From Myxococcales bacterium (GTDB lineage Bacteria; Myxococcota_A; UBA9042), in the NCBI GenBank assembly GCA_037441385.1, contig JBBISH010000063.1, positions 1 to 35,753 on the forward strand: 35,753 bases of DNA, in the 5' to 3' direction. The translations under genes and the position numbers were made by a program. Below are positions 6,707-16,366 of this stretch, one piece after another; position 1 is the stretch's first letter, and every line of letters starts with the position of its first letter. The notes beneath the pieces are model-generated. The model worked only from the letters and a program-made list of their open reading frames with translations. It had not been told where the DNA came from and made no database searches.

Positions 6707-9433
6707 ATGCGTGCAGACAATCGAGTTCGGCAGGTGCTGCGGGCGATGACCGTGGTGGGGACCGCGGCGCTCTTGGCCATCGGTGTGGTCGCGGCGCGCG
6801 CCGACGAGGCCATGCCGGCCGACGTGGCGGCGATCCTGGAGCGCATGAAGCAGGGGCACCCGCCCAGCGTCGAGGAGCAAAAGCGCCTGCAGGACTGGTA
6901 CATGCGCAAGGCACGCCCGCAGCAGCCCGACGATCCCCAGGCCGACGCGCGCGGCGCAGCGGCTGAAATGCCCGACGATGTCAAGGCCATCATGGCCAAA
7001 GTGCAACGCGGCGAGCGGCCAACGCCGGCCGAGCTGGCGCGCTTGCAGCAGTATCGGGCGCAGATGGCCGGCCAGCGCGGGGCCATGGCCAAAGACGCCG
7101 ACCAAGCGCACAAGGCGATGCAGGATCACGCGGGGCCGAGTGAGCCGAATAGCAAGAGGGATGGGCGCGGCGTCTTGCCCGGGACGCTGATCGTGGATCA
7201 CACGGTCCACACCCTTAGCCGTTGCGGCGCGAATGTGACCGACGCCACGACCGAGACGCATCTACGCTGGGATGTGCACTACCGCGACCTGGTCCGGCCC
7301 GGCCAGGCTGGCTATTCCCTTGCATTTACGGGTGATCCCAAGGGTCAAGTGACCGGCAGCGTCGCGACCCACGGCACAGAGAAAAGTGGCGACGCCCCGT
7401 CCCGGCCGCTGGACGGCAAGGACGCGGTCCAGATGGCGGCCCTTGTGGCGCAAGGCGATCAGGCCGCGATGATCAACGGCGAACTGCTGGTCGACGGCAA
7501 GAATCCACGTGCATATCTATGGTTGCAGGGTAGTGCCAGCACAGGTAGCCACGCCGTGGCGCTGGCCGGAGTCACGCCGGATGACTTGGCCGCCTCTGCC
7601 CCCTGGCAAACGCGCCCGGCAGGCGACACACCCCAAGCCGACATGGCCCGGCAAGCGTTGCCGCCCCCGCTGCTCGCGGGGATGCGGGCCGCCACGTTCG
7701 ACTTGGATGGCAAGGCGTTGCGCAAGGCGATCGACAGCGCGGCGCAGGGGGAGGTCAAGGCGCCCGGCAGGCTCAAGTGGAGTGCCCACTGGCAGCACGA
7801 CGACTGCGAAGAGCGGCTCGAGCACTCAGCCTCGATCACATTTCTCTTGCGGAACACTGCGCCGGCCGAGCTGGAGATTGCCCCGCAGTCGCCCGACGCC
7901 TACCACAAGTGGCTGCCGCTGCCCTGGACAGACGATGCCAAAGTGGCCGCCATCTTTGGTGTGGCGCCGCGGGATCCCAAGGGGGAGCTCAAGGTCACCG
8001 TCGCGTTCAAGCCGCAGCCCGGCGGCGAGCCGCGCAAGGGGATCATCCAGCTGGCGCTGCTCGATGTGGACGAAAACCCTGGAATTTGTGGAAACTATCC
8101 CCCAATGCCCCGCACGGCCCCAGAGGCGACGCTGCGGTTCCGGCCCGACCAGCCCGGAATCGAAATCGACGACCCAAAGGGCAGCAAGGCCCACACGCGC
8201 GCCGCGGTGAGCTCCGTCACCGTGACCATCGTGGCCCGCGATACGGCGGCATGGGGGCGGTTGCAGGCGCGTTGCGACGACCTGGGGCTGGTCGCCCGCG
8301 TGCACGAAGACGGCGACACCGCGCTGGGCATCCCGCTGGATCACGACGGCGACCACATCGCCGACGCCTGGCAAAAGCAGATGGGAGTGGGCAGCACGCC
8401 CAACGACGACAGCGAGACGGCCACCAAAGTTCAGACGCTGAAAGGTGATTCGCTGACGGTGTGGGAGGAGTACCGCGGGTTGGTGACCACCGACGAAGGT
8501 GGCAAGAAGCTGCATTTCGAGCGCTTTGACCCGCACAAGCTGGACCGTTTCTTCTTCCCCATGCCGCCCACGAGTGGCGCCAGCGACGACCGCGCCGATA
8601 TGCGCCTGGGGTGCAGGCTGTTCGCCGAAGTGACCGGCATGGAGGTGCACTGGATCGAGGACGAGTCCTTGGTCGCGCTGGATACCAATGGGGTGTTCTG
8701 GAGGAATCGCGTCGACTTCCAACACTTGGCGATCACGCCGCGCCACGGCGCCAACGCACAGGTGCTGCGCATGGTCAATTCGGTCGATGACTTCCACGAA
8801 GTTCAGCTGAGGTGGAAGCAGGACGGCAGCCCCGACCTGGACGCCAATGGCGAGCAACGTCGCTATCTATACTATCCGTCTGCCCGGACGTTGTCCGTGG
8901 GCGAAGATGGCAAGGTGCCCGAGTACCCGCAGCGGACTGGCGTCATCTTGGTTTTCCATCAAAACGCACTCACGATGCACCACAGCTTGGCTTCGGGGCC
9001 GGATCAGTGTAAAGACTGGAATATTCCAGCGTTTCTTCAACTGGCCGGGCTGACCTGCGCTCAGTACCAGGCCGCCTTCCAAAGGCGCCAGGCCGAGATG
9101 GACCACGAACTCCTGCGCGTGGCTGTGGCCCACGAGCTCATGCACGCCCATGGCGGCCACCACCACAACGAGGATGGCAAGAACGGCGGGCCCATTGCGG
9201 GTAAAATCGATTGCCTGATGCGCTATTGGGAGTACCCCGACCCCACCTACATGTACGCCTGGGCCACCGGTGCCTGGCACCCCGACCGTGCGGCCTTTGT
9301 GGCGGACCCCGATCGCTTCACCTTGCCCGCCATGATCACGTCTGGCGCCAAGCTGCGCCTGCCAACCGGAACGCCCGCCGCTTGGACCGTGTGTCCGCTG
9401 TGTCAGGCGATGATGAAGTCGCGACCTGACTAG
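6707..9433 (+). CDS. Large secreted protein with C-terminal metzincin-like zinc metallopeptidase motif
   Basis: GAGG RBS and signal peptide ending AARA. DHDGDHIADAW and GDSLTVWEEY are Ca-binding-like motifs. HELMHAHGGHH (HExxHxxGxxH) at 9131-9163 is followed by CLMRY (Met-turn-like) and a terminal CPLC. Confidence 0.8.
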   Translation: MRADNRVRQVLRAMTVVGTAALLAIGVVAARADEAMPADVAAILERMKQGHPPSVEEQKRLQDWYMRKARPQQPDDPQADARGAAAEMPDDVKAIMAKVQRGERPTPAELARLQQYRAQMAGQRGAMAKDADQAHKAMQDHAGPSEPNSKRDGRGVLPGTLIVDHTVHTLSRCGANVTDATTETHLRWDVHYRDLVRPGQAGYSLAFTGDPKGQVTGSVATHGTEKSGDAPSRPLDGKDAVQMAALVAQGDQAAMINGELLVDGKNPRAYLWLQGSASTGSHAVALAGVTPDDLAASAPWQTRPAGDTPQADMARQALPPPLLAGMRAATFDLDGKALRKAIDSAAQGEVKAPGRLKWSAHWQHDDCEERLEHSASITFLLRNTAPAELEIAPQSPDAYHKWLPLPWTDDAKVAAIFGVAPRDPKGELKVTVAFKPQPGGEPRKGIIQLALLDVDENPGICGNYPPMPRTAPEATLRFRPDQPGIEIDDPKGSKAHTRAAVSSVTVTIVARDTAAWGRLQARCDDLGLVARVHEDGDTALGIPLDHDGDHIADAWQKQMGVGSTPNDDSETATKVQTLKGDSLTVWEEYRGLVTTDEGGKKLHFERFDPHKLDRFFFPMPPTSGASDDRADMRLGCRLFAEVTGMEVHWIEDESLVALDTNGVFWRNRVDFQHLAITPRHGANAQVLRMVNSVDDFHEVQLRWKQDGSPDLDANGEQRRYLYYPSARTLSVGEDGKVPEYPQRTGVILVFHQNALTMHHSLASGPDQCKDWNIPAFLQLAGLTCAQYQAAFQRRQAEMDHELLRVAVAHELMHAHGGHHHNEDGKNGGPIAGKIDCLMRYWEYPDPTYMYAWATGAWHPDRAAFVADPDRFTLPAMITSGAKLRLPTGTPAAWTVCPLCQAMMKSRPD

Positions 9434-9592
9434 AGACGAACGCCGCCAAGTACTTGTATTCTGCCAGTAATTCGCCACGTCTGCCGCATCTCCAGCCCCT
9501 ACTGGGGCGCAAGCGGGCGACTGCGGCGACTTGGGCGCCGAGTTCACCGAGAAGCCCCAAATTGATCCGCAGTCCAGCCTTCTTGGCCTGAA

Positions 9593-12500
9593 CTATCCCG
9601 GCAAGTGCGCAGGGGCGACGTGCACTGGAGCGGCGCTGCGCCGATGAGCCAGCCGATCCAACCAGGGCGCCACCAGCCCGTACATGGCCGGCAACACGAT
9701 GAGCGTCAATGCGCATGCCGACAGCGTGCCGCCAACAATCACAGCCGCAATCGGGCGTTGCGTCTCGGAACCGATGCCGCGGCTCAGCATCGCCGGCACC
9801 AGACCCAGGGCCGCGAGCGCGGCCGTCATCAGCACCGGGCGCAACCGCTCTTGGCAGCCCAGGCGCAGCGCCATTTCTAGCGACTGTCCCTGCTTGCGGC
9901 GATCGAGCACCGCCGTCAGCACCAAAACCCCGTTGAGCGACGCCTGGCCAATCAGCGCGATGAAACCAACCGCCGCGGCCACACTGAGGGGCATGCCCAT
10001 CCAGCTCAAGGCCGCGACCCCGCCGATCAGGGCAAACGGCACGTTCAGCAGCACCAGCGTCGCCGGCGCCAACTGGCCAAAAGCGCGGAACAGCAGAACC
10101 AAGGTCAGCAGCAGCGCGACCGGCACGACCAGCAGCAGGCGGGCCATTGCGCGTTCCTTGTTCTCGAATTCGCCGCCCCACTCCAGCGACACGTCGTCGG
10201 GATGCGGGGCCTTGGCGGCCACGGCCTTTTGCGCGTCGGTGACGAACGAGCCCAGGTCGCGGCCGCGGACGTTCATGCGGATACCGATGTAACGGCGGCC
10301 ATTTTCGCGGTTGACCGAGGCGCGGCCAAAGCCGACCTTGACCTCGGCCAAGCCGTCTAGCGGCACCGAGCTGTGGCCCGCCACCGGCACCTGCAGCTTC
10401 TTCATCTTTTCCAAGTCGTCGCGCGCGGCCAGCGGGTAGCGCATCACCACGTCGTGCTTGACTTCGCCCTGCCAATACTCGCCCACGGGCACACCACCCA
10501 GGGCCGCGGCGACCACGTGCTGAAAGTCTTCGATATGCAGGCCATTGCGCGCCAGAGCCCCGCGGTCGGGGTTGACCTGGATTTCGGGCATCTCGCCCGA
10601 CTTGACGATCCCCAGGTCGGCCGCGCCCGGCACCGTGGCAATGGCAGCCTTGGCTCTTTCTGCAAGGTTTTGTAGCACTTTTAGGTCGTGGCCGTACAGC
10701 TTGAGCGCGACCTGGCCAAACTGGCCCGAGATGTTTTCGTTGACGTTGTCGCGGATAGGCTGGCTGAAGTTGATCTCGACCCCTGGCACTTCGGCCAAAG
10801 ACTTCTGGCACAGCGCAATCACGCCGCCGATGCCGTTGACCGTGGCGGGCCACTCGCTGGGGTGCTTGAGTTTGACAAAGAATTCCAGATTGTTGGTCAT
10901 GGTCGCGTCGGTGCCGTCTTCGGGCCGTCCCAGCTGCGACACTACCTCGTCGACGACGGGGACGCGGTGAAACAGCTGGGTCAAGCGCGGCACCAGCGTG
11001 CGCGCTTCGTTTAGGCTCACGTTGGAGGGCAGGGTAAAGGTCGCATACAGCGCGCCTTCGTTCAGCTCTGGCAGGAACTCCGAGCCGAGCTTGGGCAGCG
11101 CCAGAACCGCCAGTGCCAGTGCGCCCAGGGAATACGTCAGCACTTTTCTCGGGTTGTCCAGAGACCAGCGCAGCGTGGGCGCATACACCCGCTGGGCCGC
11201 CCGCAGCACGGGTGACTCGCGATTCTTGGGGTTCTTGCGCCACAGGAAGCTCGCCAGCACGGGCACCAGGGTCAGCGAGAACACCAGCGCGCCCAGGAGC
11301 GCGGCCACGACCGTGTTCGACATCGGTGCAAAGATGCGGCCCTCCACGCGCTCGAGCAGAAAGATGGGCAGGTAGGCGGCAATGATGATGAGCAATGCGT
11401 ACACGGTCGGCTGCACAACCTCGCCCACCGCCTTGCGAATGCGGTCGATCACCGGCCCATTGTGGTCGGCGTGCGACGCCAAGCGATGCACGATCGCCTC
11501 GACAATGACCACGCTGCCATCCACGATGATGCCGAAGTCGATGGCGCCCATGCTCAGCAAGTTCCCGGACATCCCGCGCAACTTCAGATACAAGAAGGCG
11601 GTCAGCAACGACATGGGGATGACCGCAGCCACAACCAGCGCCGCACCCAAGTCCAGCAAGAAGACGTACAGCACAAAGATGACGAGCAACGCCCCTTCTA
11701 CTAGGTTCTTGCCAACGGTTTTTAGCGTGGTTCCAACTAGTTCAGTGCGATCGTAAAATGGGCTCACCTGCACGCCCTTGGGCAGCCGGGCCGGCAGCTT
11801 GGCCACGGCCGCTCGCAGCCGTTCGAGCACGTCGGATGGATTCTCGCCGCGGCGCATGAGCACGATTCCCTCGACCGTGTCGGGATTTTCGCTGCGGCTC
11901 ACCACGCCTTGCCGCGGCGTCCAGCCGTCGGTGACCGAGGCCACGTCGCGGACCAACACCGGCGTTCCGTCTTGGGTGGCCACGCGCGACTGCCGTAGTT
12001 CGTCAAGACTGCGCAGCAAGGCCTGAGAACGCAGGGTCATTTGCTCGCTGCCCCGCTCTAGGATGCCGCCCGAGGCATTGCGCGACGCTTTGCGCAGGGC
12101 CTCTTCCAAATCCTGCAAAGTCAGGCCGTACGAGGCCAGGCGCGCCGGGATGGGCTGGACGTGGACCTCGCGCACCAACCCGCCGTACGACACCACATCG
12201 GCGACGCCGCCGACCCGCAGCAGCGCCGGCCGCACCACCCAATCTTGCAGAGTGCGCAAGGTCATCGGGTCGCTACCCACCAGCGTATAGCGATAGATTT
12301 CGCCGATGGGCGTGGCCAGCGGACCCAGTTGCGGCACCACGCCCTCGGGCAGTTCTACCGTGCGCAAGCGCTCGAGCACTTGGGCGCGGGCAAACAGCGC
12401 GTCTACGCCATCTTCAAAGGTCAGTGTCGCGAACGACAGGCCGAACAGGCTGATGTTGCGCAAGCGCGCCAGGCCCGGCGTACCGGCCAGACCGCGTTCG

Positions 12501-12706
12501 AGCGGCAGGCCAATCTGGCGCTCGATCTCCTCGCTGGGCTGGCCAGGATAGAGTGTGATTACATTGACTTGTGTGTCAGTCGGATCGGGAAAGGCCTCGA
12601 TCGGCAGGTGGGCGAAGGCGTGCAACCCAGCCACAGCCATCACAAGGGTGAAGATCAGGACGGCCCCGCGGTTTTGCAGCGAGAACGCTACCACACGCTC
12701 GAACAT
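9593..12706 (-). CDS. czcA: CzcA/CusA-family heavy-metal efflux RND transporter (1037 aa)
   Basis: LPIEAFPD, GAIDFGIIVDGSVVIVE, EGRIFAPM, FLPELNEG, WGGEFEN and RLRPVLMTA. Start ATG 12706 (MFERVV) follows GGAAGGA. Family-level call only; substrate unknown. Confidence 0.95.
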   Translation of the reverse strand: MFERVVAFSLQNRGAVLIFTLVMAVAGLHAFAHLPIEAFPDPTDTQVNVITLYPGQPSEEIERQIGLPLERGLAGTPGLARLRNISLFGLSFATLTFEDGVDALFARAQVLERLRTVELPEGVVPQLGPLATPIGEIYRYTLVGSDPMTLRTLQDWVVRPALLRVGGVADVVSYGGLVREVHVQPIPARLASYGLTLQDLEEALRKASRNASGGILERGSEQMTLRSQALLRSLDELRQSRVATQDGTPVLVRDVASVTDGWTPRQGVVSRSENPDTVEGIVLMRRGENPSDVLERLRAAVAKLPARLPKGVQVSPFYDRTELVGTTLKTVGKNLVEGALLVIFVLYVFLLDLGAALVVAAVIPMSLLTAFLYLKLRGMSGNLLSMGAIDFGIIVDGSVVIVEAIVHRLASHADHNGPVIDRIRKAVGEVVQPTVYALLIIIAAYLPIFLLERVEGRIFAPMSNTVVAALLGALVFSLTLVPVLASFLWRKNPKNRESPVLRAAQRVYAPTLRWSLDNPRKVLTYSLGALALAVLALPKLGSEFLPELNEGALYATFTLPSNVSLNEARTLVPRLTQLFHRVPVVDEVVSQLGRPEDGTDATMTNNLEFFVKLKHPSEWPATVNGIGGVIALCQKSLAEVPGVEINFSQPIRDNVNENISGQFGQVALKLYGHDLKVLQNLAERAKAAIATVPGAADLGIVKSGEMPEIQVNPDRGALARNGLHIEDFQHVVAAALGGVPVGEYWQGEVKHDVVMRYPLAARDDLEKMKKLQVPVAGHSSVPLDGLAEVKVGFGRASVNRENGRRYIGIRMNVRGRDLGSFVTDAQKAVAAKAPHPDDVSLEWGGEFENKERAMARLLLVVPVALLLTLVLLFRAFGQLAPATLVLLNVPFALIGGVAALSWMGMPLSVAAAVGFIALIGQASLNGVLVLTAVLDRRKQGQSLEMALRLGCQERLRPVLMTAALAALGLVPAMLSRGIGSETQRPIAAVIVGGTLSACALTLIVLPAMYGLVAPWLDRLAHRRSAAPVHVAPAHLPG

Positions 12707-12846
12707 CTGGGCTTTCCTTCCGAATTCCGCCGCCAAGCGTTTTGGCCCTGTGGCAAACGCCAGCCTACGCGATGGACCCCAACAGGTCAACCGAGCCCCA
12801 GAACCGCACCCAAGACCCGCAGATGGCTTGCCTTGGCGCACGCTGC

Positions 12847-12961
12847 GGGGGCAATTTCTGAGCCCGTTTCTGAGCCCCGCGCCGCGCCGTTGCCCTCCGT
12901 GGCCAGCATCGCTGACGCTGAGCGCGAGAACCTGACCAATTCCTGTGGGTAAAAAATGCCC
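12847..12961. repeat. Shorter copy of the dispersed AGAAAWTGCCCCC inverted-repeat element
   Basis: Ends are GGGGGCAATTTCTG and GGTAAAAAATGCCC. The internal 18-mer GGCCAGCATCGCTGACGC (12901-12918) is the exact reverse complement of 22973-22990, at a similar distance from the terminal motif. Confidence 0.8.
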
Positions 12962-13023
12962 AGGAATACCCCAGCCGTGCGTGCCTTGTTGCCGGCACGC
13001 CCCCGTTGCCTACTGAAAAGGCC

Positions 13024-13080
13024 AGTACTACAGGCCATTCGAGAGGCCTGACCGTGAACGAACTTCGGGTTTGTAGTACT
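13024..13080. repeat. Small inverted-repeat element (terminator or minimal MITE)
   Basis: AGTACTACA (13024-13032) and TGTAGTACT (13072-13080) form a perfect 9-bp IR enclosing a CAGGCC..GGCCTG hairpin. It abuts the stop codon of the 13079-14188 gene. Confidence 0.55.
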
Positions 13081-14188
13081 AGTCGATTGTCGCTTCCATG
13101 CGCTGGAGCTGCTGACGGTACAGCGCCGCGCCGGGCCGCAACTCGATGGCGCGCTGAAAAGCCGCCCGCGCTGCAGCTACTTGGCCCTGATGGGCGTACA
13201 TGCGCCCCAGCAGGTAGGGGTGACTGGGGTCCTGCGGCTGTTCCGCCGCCAATTCGCGCAACAGGCGCTCGGCAAGTCGCGGGCCCCAGGCCGTGTCCAG
13301 CGCGCTGTGGACCACCATGTCGGCGACCAGGGCCCGCGTTGCGGTGTCCGGGTGGGCACCCAGAAAGGCCGTGGTGAGCTGCTCGGCCGCCGCGCCGTTG
13401 CCTGTCGCCAGCGTGCACTTGGTCTGCCAATACCACAGGCCTGGTTTCTGGCCTGCGTCCGTCCCCGGCCACTCGCCCAGGGCCGCAAAAGTCCGCGCAC
13501 ATCCAACGTGATCGTCGCGGACTCGGGCCTGCCAGCGGCCCAGCAGACGCAGCGCCGCCAGCCACTCGCTGCGGGCGTCTTCGGGCCACGCCGCCGCGCC
13601 AGCGGCTGCAGCGGGGGCAAGTTGGCCAGCCAGAACATCAGCGGCCGCCGGGGCTTGTGGGCCTTGCAGGGCGGCAGCTGCACAGCGCAACGCCGGGACC
13701 GCCCCTTTGGGGTCGGCGGCCGGGATGGCGGCCAGTTGGGCAGGGCACGGGTCCGCCGCAGGCTCGGTCCGCTGCAGGGCTTGTTGCAGGCGGGCTGCAT
13801 AGTCCGCGACGTGATCGAACCCTTGAATCCGGCCAACTTCGCGGAGCTCTGGGCCGGGTCGCAGGATCACGGTCGTGGGGTAGCCCAACACGCCCAGGCG
13901 CGCGGCGACTGCGTGGCCGACCGGCGATTCCGCATCCACGTCGCGCACCACCTGGCTGGCCTGCACAGCCAACCCGGCGGGTTGCTGCCAAAATTGCGCC
14001 TCCAGCTCGTTGCATGGCTCGCACCACTCGGCCCCGGCGACCACGATCAACGCCGAGCGGCGGTCGGCGGCCAACTGACCGTGCTCGGCCAGCCACTGGG
14101 CGCCCTCGTCTGGGATCGGCCGCGGCGTCGTCGCACAGCCGGCGGCGCAAGTGGCCAGGCCGATCGACAAAATAGGCAGGATGCGCAT
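13079..14188 (-). CDS. Thioredoxin-fold (WCEPC) lipoprotein with C-terminal TPR-like repeats
   Basis: MRILPILSIGLATCAAGC lipobox; AEWCEPC; LGVLGYPTTVIL with the cis-Pro motif; C-terminal YLLGRMYAHQGQVAAARAAFQRAIELRP is TPR-like. Confidence 0.85.
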   Translation of the reverse strand: MRILPILSIGLATCAAGCATTPRPIPDEGAQWLAEHGQLAADRRSALIVVAGAEWCEPCNELEAQFWQQPAGLAVQASQVVRDVDAESPVGHAVAARLGVLGYPTTVILRPGPELREVGRIQGFDHVADYAARLQQALQRTEPAADPCPAQLAAIPAADPKGAVPALRCAAAALQGPQAPAAADVLAGQLAPAAAAGAAAWPEDARSEWLAALRLLGRWQARVRDDHVGCARTFAALGEWPGTDAGQKPGLWYWQTKCTLATGNGAAAEQLTTAFLGAHPDTATRALVADMVVHSALDTAWGPRLAERLLRELAAEQPQDPSHPYLLGRMYAHQGQVAAARAAFQRAIELRPGAALYRQQLQRMEATID

Positions 14189-14375
14189 CGGGTTTCGCTG
14201 TGCCGCGCCAGCTGCGGCCAAGGCCCCAGTGTCGCCGAACCGACCTGGCTGGGCAACCGCGACGTGCGCAAGCCGCGCCGACCGGTCCGATGCCGTGCCG
14301 GTGGCGTGGTGCCCAAAACACCAAGAACGCGATACGCTAATTGCCGCGCTGCTCGGCCGGCGCCCTGTGTGCCGC

Positions 14376-16364
14376 ATGTCTCAGCCCGCGAATCCGCCTA
14401 CGTCGCCAGCCCAAGAACCGCTGCCCAGCGTGAACGAGCCGACTCTGGTGCTTTGGCGCGCGGCGCAGACCGCAGCGCAAACCGAGGCCGAGACAACGGG
14501 CATCGAGCTGGCGGCGACGCTGACCGTGCGCCCCAGTGATCGCTCGACGTTGCGCGAGTACAACCCGGCGCACCTGCCGCTCTATTCGTTGCGCGACGCG
14601 CCGTTGCCACCGCTTCCCGATGGCCGAGCCGTGCTGATGCTGGGCACGCGCATCGGCGAAGGCGGCATGGGGCTGGTGCGGCTTGGGCAACAAGTGTCGT
14701 TGCGCCGCGACGTGGCGGTCAAAACCCTGCGCGAAGGCGTGACCGACGTGAACGCCGCCGGGCGCCTTTTGCACGAGGCCTTGATCACGGGCGCCCTGGA
14801 ACATCCCAACATCGTTCCGGTCTACGACCTGGCCCGCGACGAAGCCGATCAGCCGCTCTTGGTGATGAAGCGCCTGGAGGGGCGCACCTGGGACCAGGCG
14901 ATCGCCCTGCGGCCCCCCGATGCGACGCCCGAGTGGTACCACTGGCTAGAGCAGCAACTGGGCGTGCTCATGCAGGTTTGCCAGGCGGTGCACTACGCGC
15001 ACAGCCGCGGCGTCTTGCACCGCGACCTGAAGCCCAGCAACGTGATGATCGGCGATTTTGGCGAGACGTACGTGCTCGATTGGGGGGTGGCGGTGGCGCT
15101 GCGGCCCGATTCGCGCGACCGCTTCCCGCTGGTCGCCGAAGCCGTGCAAATGGCGGGCACGCCGGCCTACATGGCGCCCGAGCAGGTCGAAGGGGGCGGC
15201 CAGCGCCTAACGCCGCGCACCGACGTGTATTTGCTGGGGGCGATCCTGTGCCAAATCTTGACCGGCCACGCGCCGCACGAGTGCCAGCCGGTGATGGCGG
15301 CCTTGTACAGCGCCTGGAAGTCCGAAATGCCGGATTTTCCTCCGCATTTGCCCGGCGAGCTGGCGGCGGTGTGCAAACGGGCCTTGGCCCGCGACCCGGC
15401 CCTGCGGTTCGCCACGGCAGAGGATTTGCGCTTGGCGATCGCGGCCTTCCTTGGTCATCGCAGCTCTGTGCACCTGGAGCAGCAGGCCAGCGACCGCCTC
15501 CGAGCCCTGCGTCACCAACTGCGTGAGCGCGCGCCCACTCCCGACGGCGGCAGCCTGGTCGACCGCCAGTTGCTCAGCCGCCTGTTCGACGAGGCGCGCT
15601 TTGGCTTCCGCCAAGCCTTGGCGATTTGGCCGGACAACCAGACTGCGACGGCGGGACTGCAGAATTGCATCGAGCTGGTGCTGACGTATGAGCTCGACCG
15701 CGGCGACGTCCGCCGGGCAAGCGTGCTGCTGGGCGAGTTGCCGCGGCCAGTACCCGAACTGGCGGCCCGGCTGGAACAAGTCAAGGCGGCGGCGGCGGCC
15801 AAAGAGGTCGAGATCGAGCGCCTGCGCCAGCTCGAGCGCCAGTACGATCTGGGGGTGGGCTTTGCCCTGCGCCGGCGGTTGGCCTTGCTGATCGGCGTGG
15901 TGTGGGCGGCGGCACCGGTAGGTATTGGGCTCGCCGTCGATCGCGGCCACGACGTGGGGCTCGCCTCGCTGTCGGCGAGTGCGGTTGCCTTCGTGCTGTT
16001 CGTGGCCCTGACCATTCTGCTGGGGCGCAAGAAACTGCTGGCCACGGCGGTGAATCGCACCGTGGCGTTGGTGCTCGGGACGGTCGCCTTGGGGCTGGCC
16101 GCCGGGCGAGTGATGACCTTTCTGGACGGCGCCAGCATGGCGCAGATGCTGGCACGCGACCATTTGCTCCTATTTGCCTGCACTTCCGCGCTGGCGCTGG
16201 CCGTGGATCTGCGGCTGTTCTGGGCCGCAGGCAGCTTTTTGGCGGGCGGCCTCGCCATCGCCCTGCTGCCGGCGCACGGCTTCTACATCACCGGAATTGC
16301 CAACCTAGTGGCCATGGTTGGGCTTGCGGTACTCTGGCGCGAGCGGCCGGTGAGCGCTAGGTAA
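14376..16364 (+). CDS. Hanks-type Ser/Thr protein kinase with C-terminal multi-pass membrane domain
   Basis: IGEGGMGLV, VAVK, LEHPNIVPVYD, HRDLKPSN, DWG, GTPAYMAPEQ and TDVYLLG. A helical middle region precedes about 5 TM helices. ATG 14376 was chosen to avoid overlap with the divergent gene. Confidence 0.93.
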   Translation: MSQPANPPTSPAQEPLPSVNEPTLVLWRAAQTAAQTEAETTGIELAATLTVRPSDRSTLREYNPAHLPLYSLRDAPLPPLPDGRAVLMLGTRIGEGGMGLVRLGQQVSLRRDVAVKTLREGVTDVNAAGRLLHEALITGALEHPNIVPVYDLARDEADQPLLVMKRLEGRTWDQAIALRPPDATPEWYHWLEQQLGVLMQVCQAVHYAHSRGVLHRDLKPSNVMIGDFGETYVLDWGVAVALRPDSRDRFPLVAEAVQMAGTPAYMAPEQVEGGGQRLTPRTDVYLLGAILCQILTGHAPHECQPVMAALYSAWKSEMPDFPPHLPGELAAVCKRALARDPALRFATAEDLRLAIAAFLGHRSSVHLEQQASDRLRALRHQLRERAPTPDGGSLVDRQLLSRLFDEARFGFRQALAIWPDNQTATAGLQNCIELVLTYELDRGDVRRASVLLGELPRPVPELAARLEQVKAAAAAKEVEIERLRQLERQYDLGVGFALRRRLALLIGVVWAAAPVGIGLAVDRGHDVGLASLSASAVAFVLFVALTILLGRKKLLATAVNRTVALVLGTVALGLAAGRVMTFLDGASMAQMLARDHLLLFACTSALALAVDLRLFWAAGSFLAGGLAIALLPAHGFYITGIANLVAMVGLAVLWRERPVSAR

Positions 16365-16366
16365 TT

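Noticed and set aside
9336..11243. Long alternative ORFs (635 aa here; also 13181-14539, 31590-34538, 31982-34441)
   Set aside because: They are Arg/Gly/Pro/Ala-rich off-frame or antisense translations overlapping well-supported genes.
12707..13020. Metal-sensing (NiCo/czcD) or c-di-GMP riboswitch in the czcA leader
   Set aside because: I could not find the conserved cores by eye, and much of the leader is explained by repeat elements. An Rfam scan would settle it.
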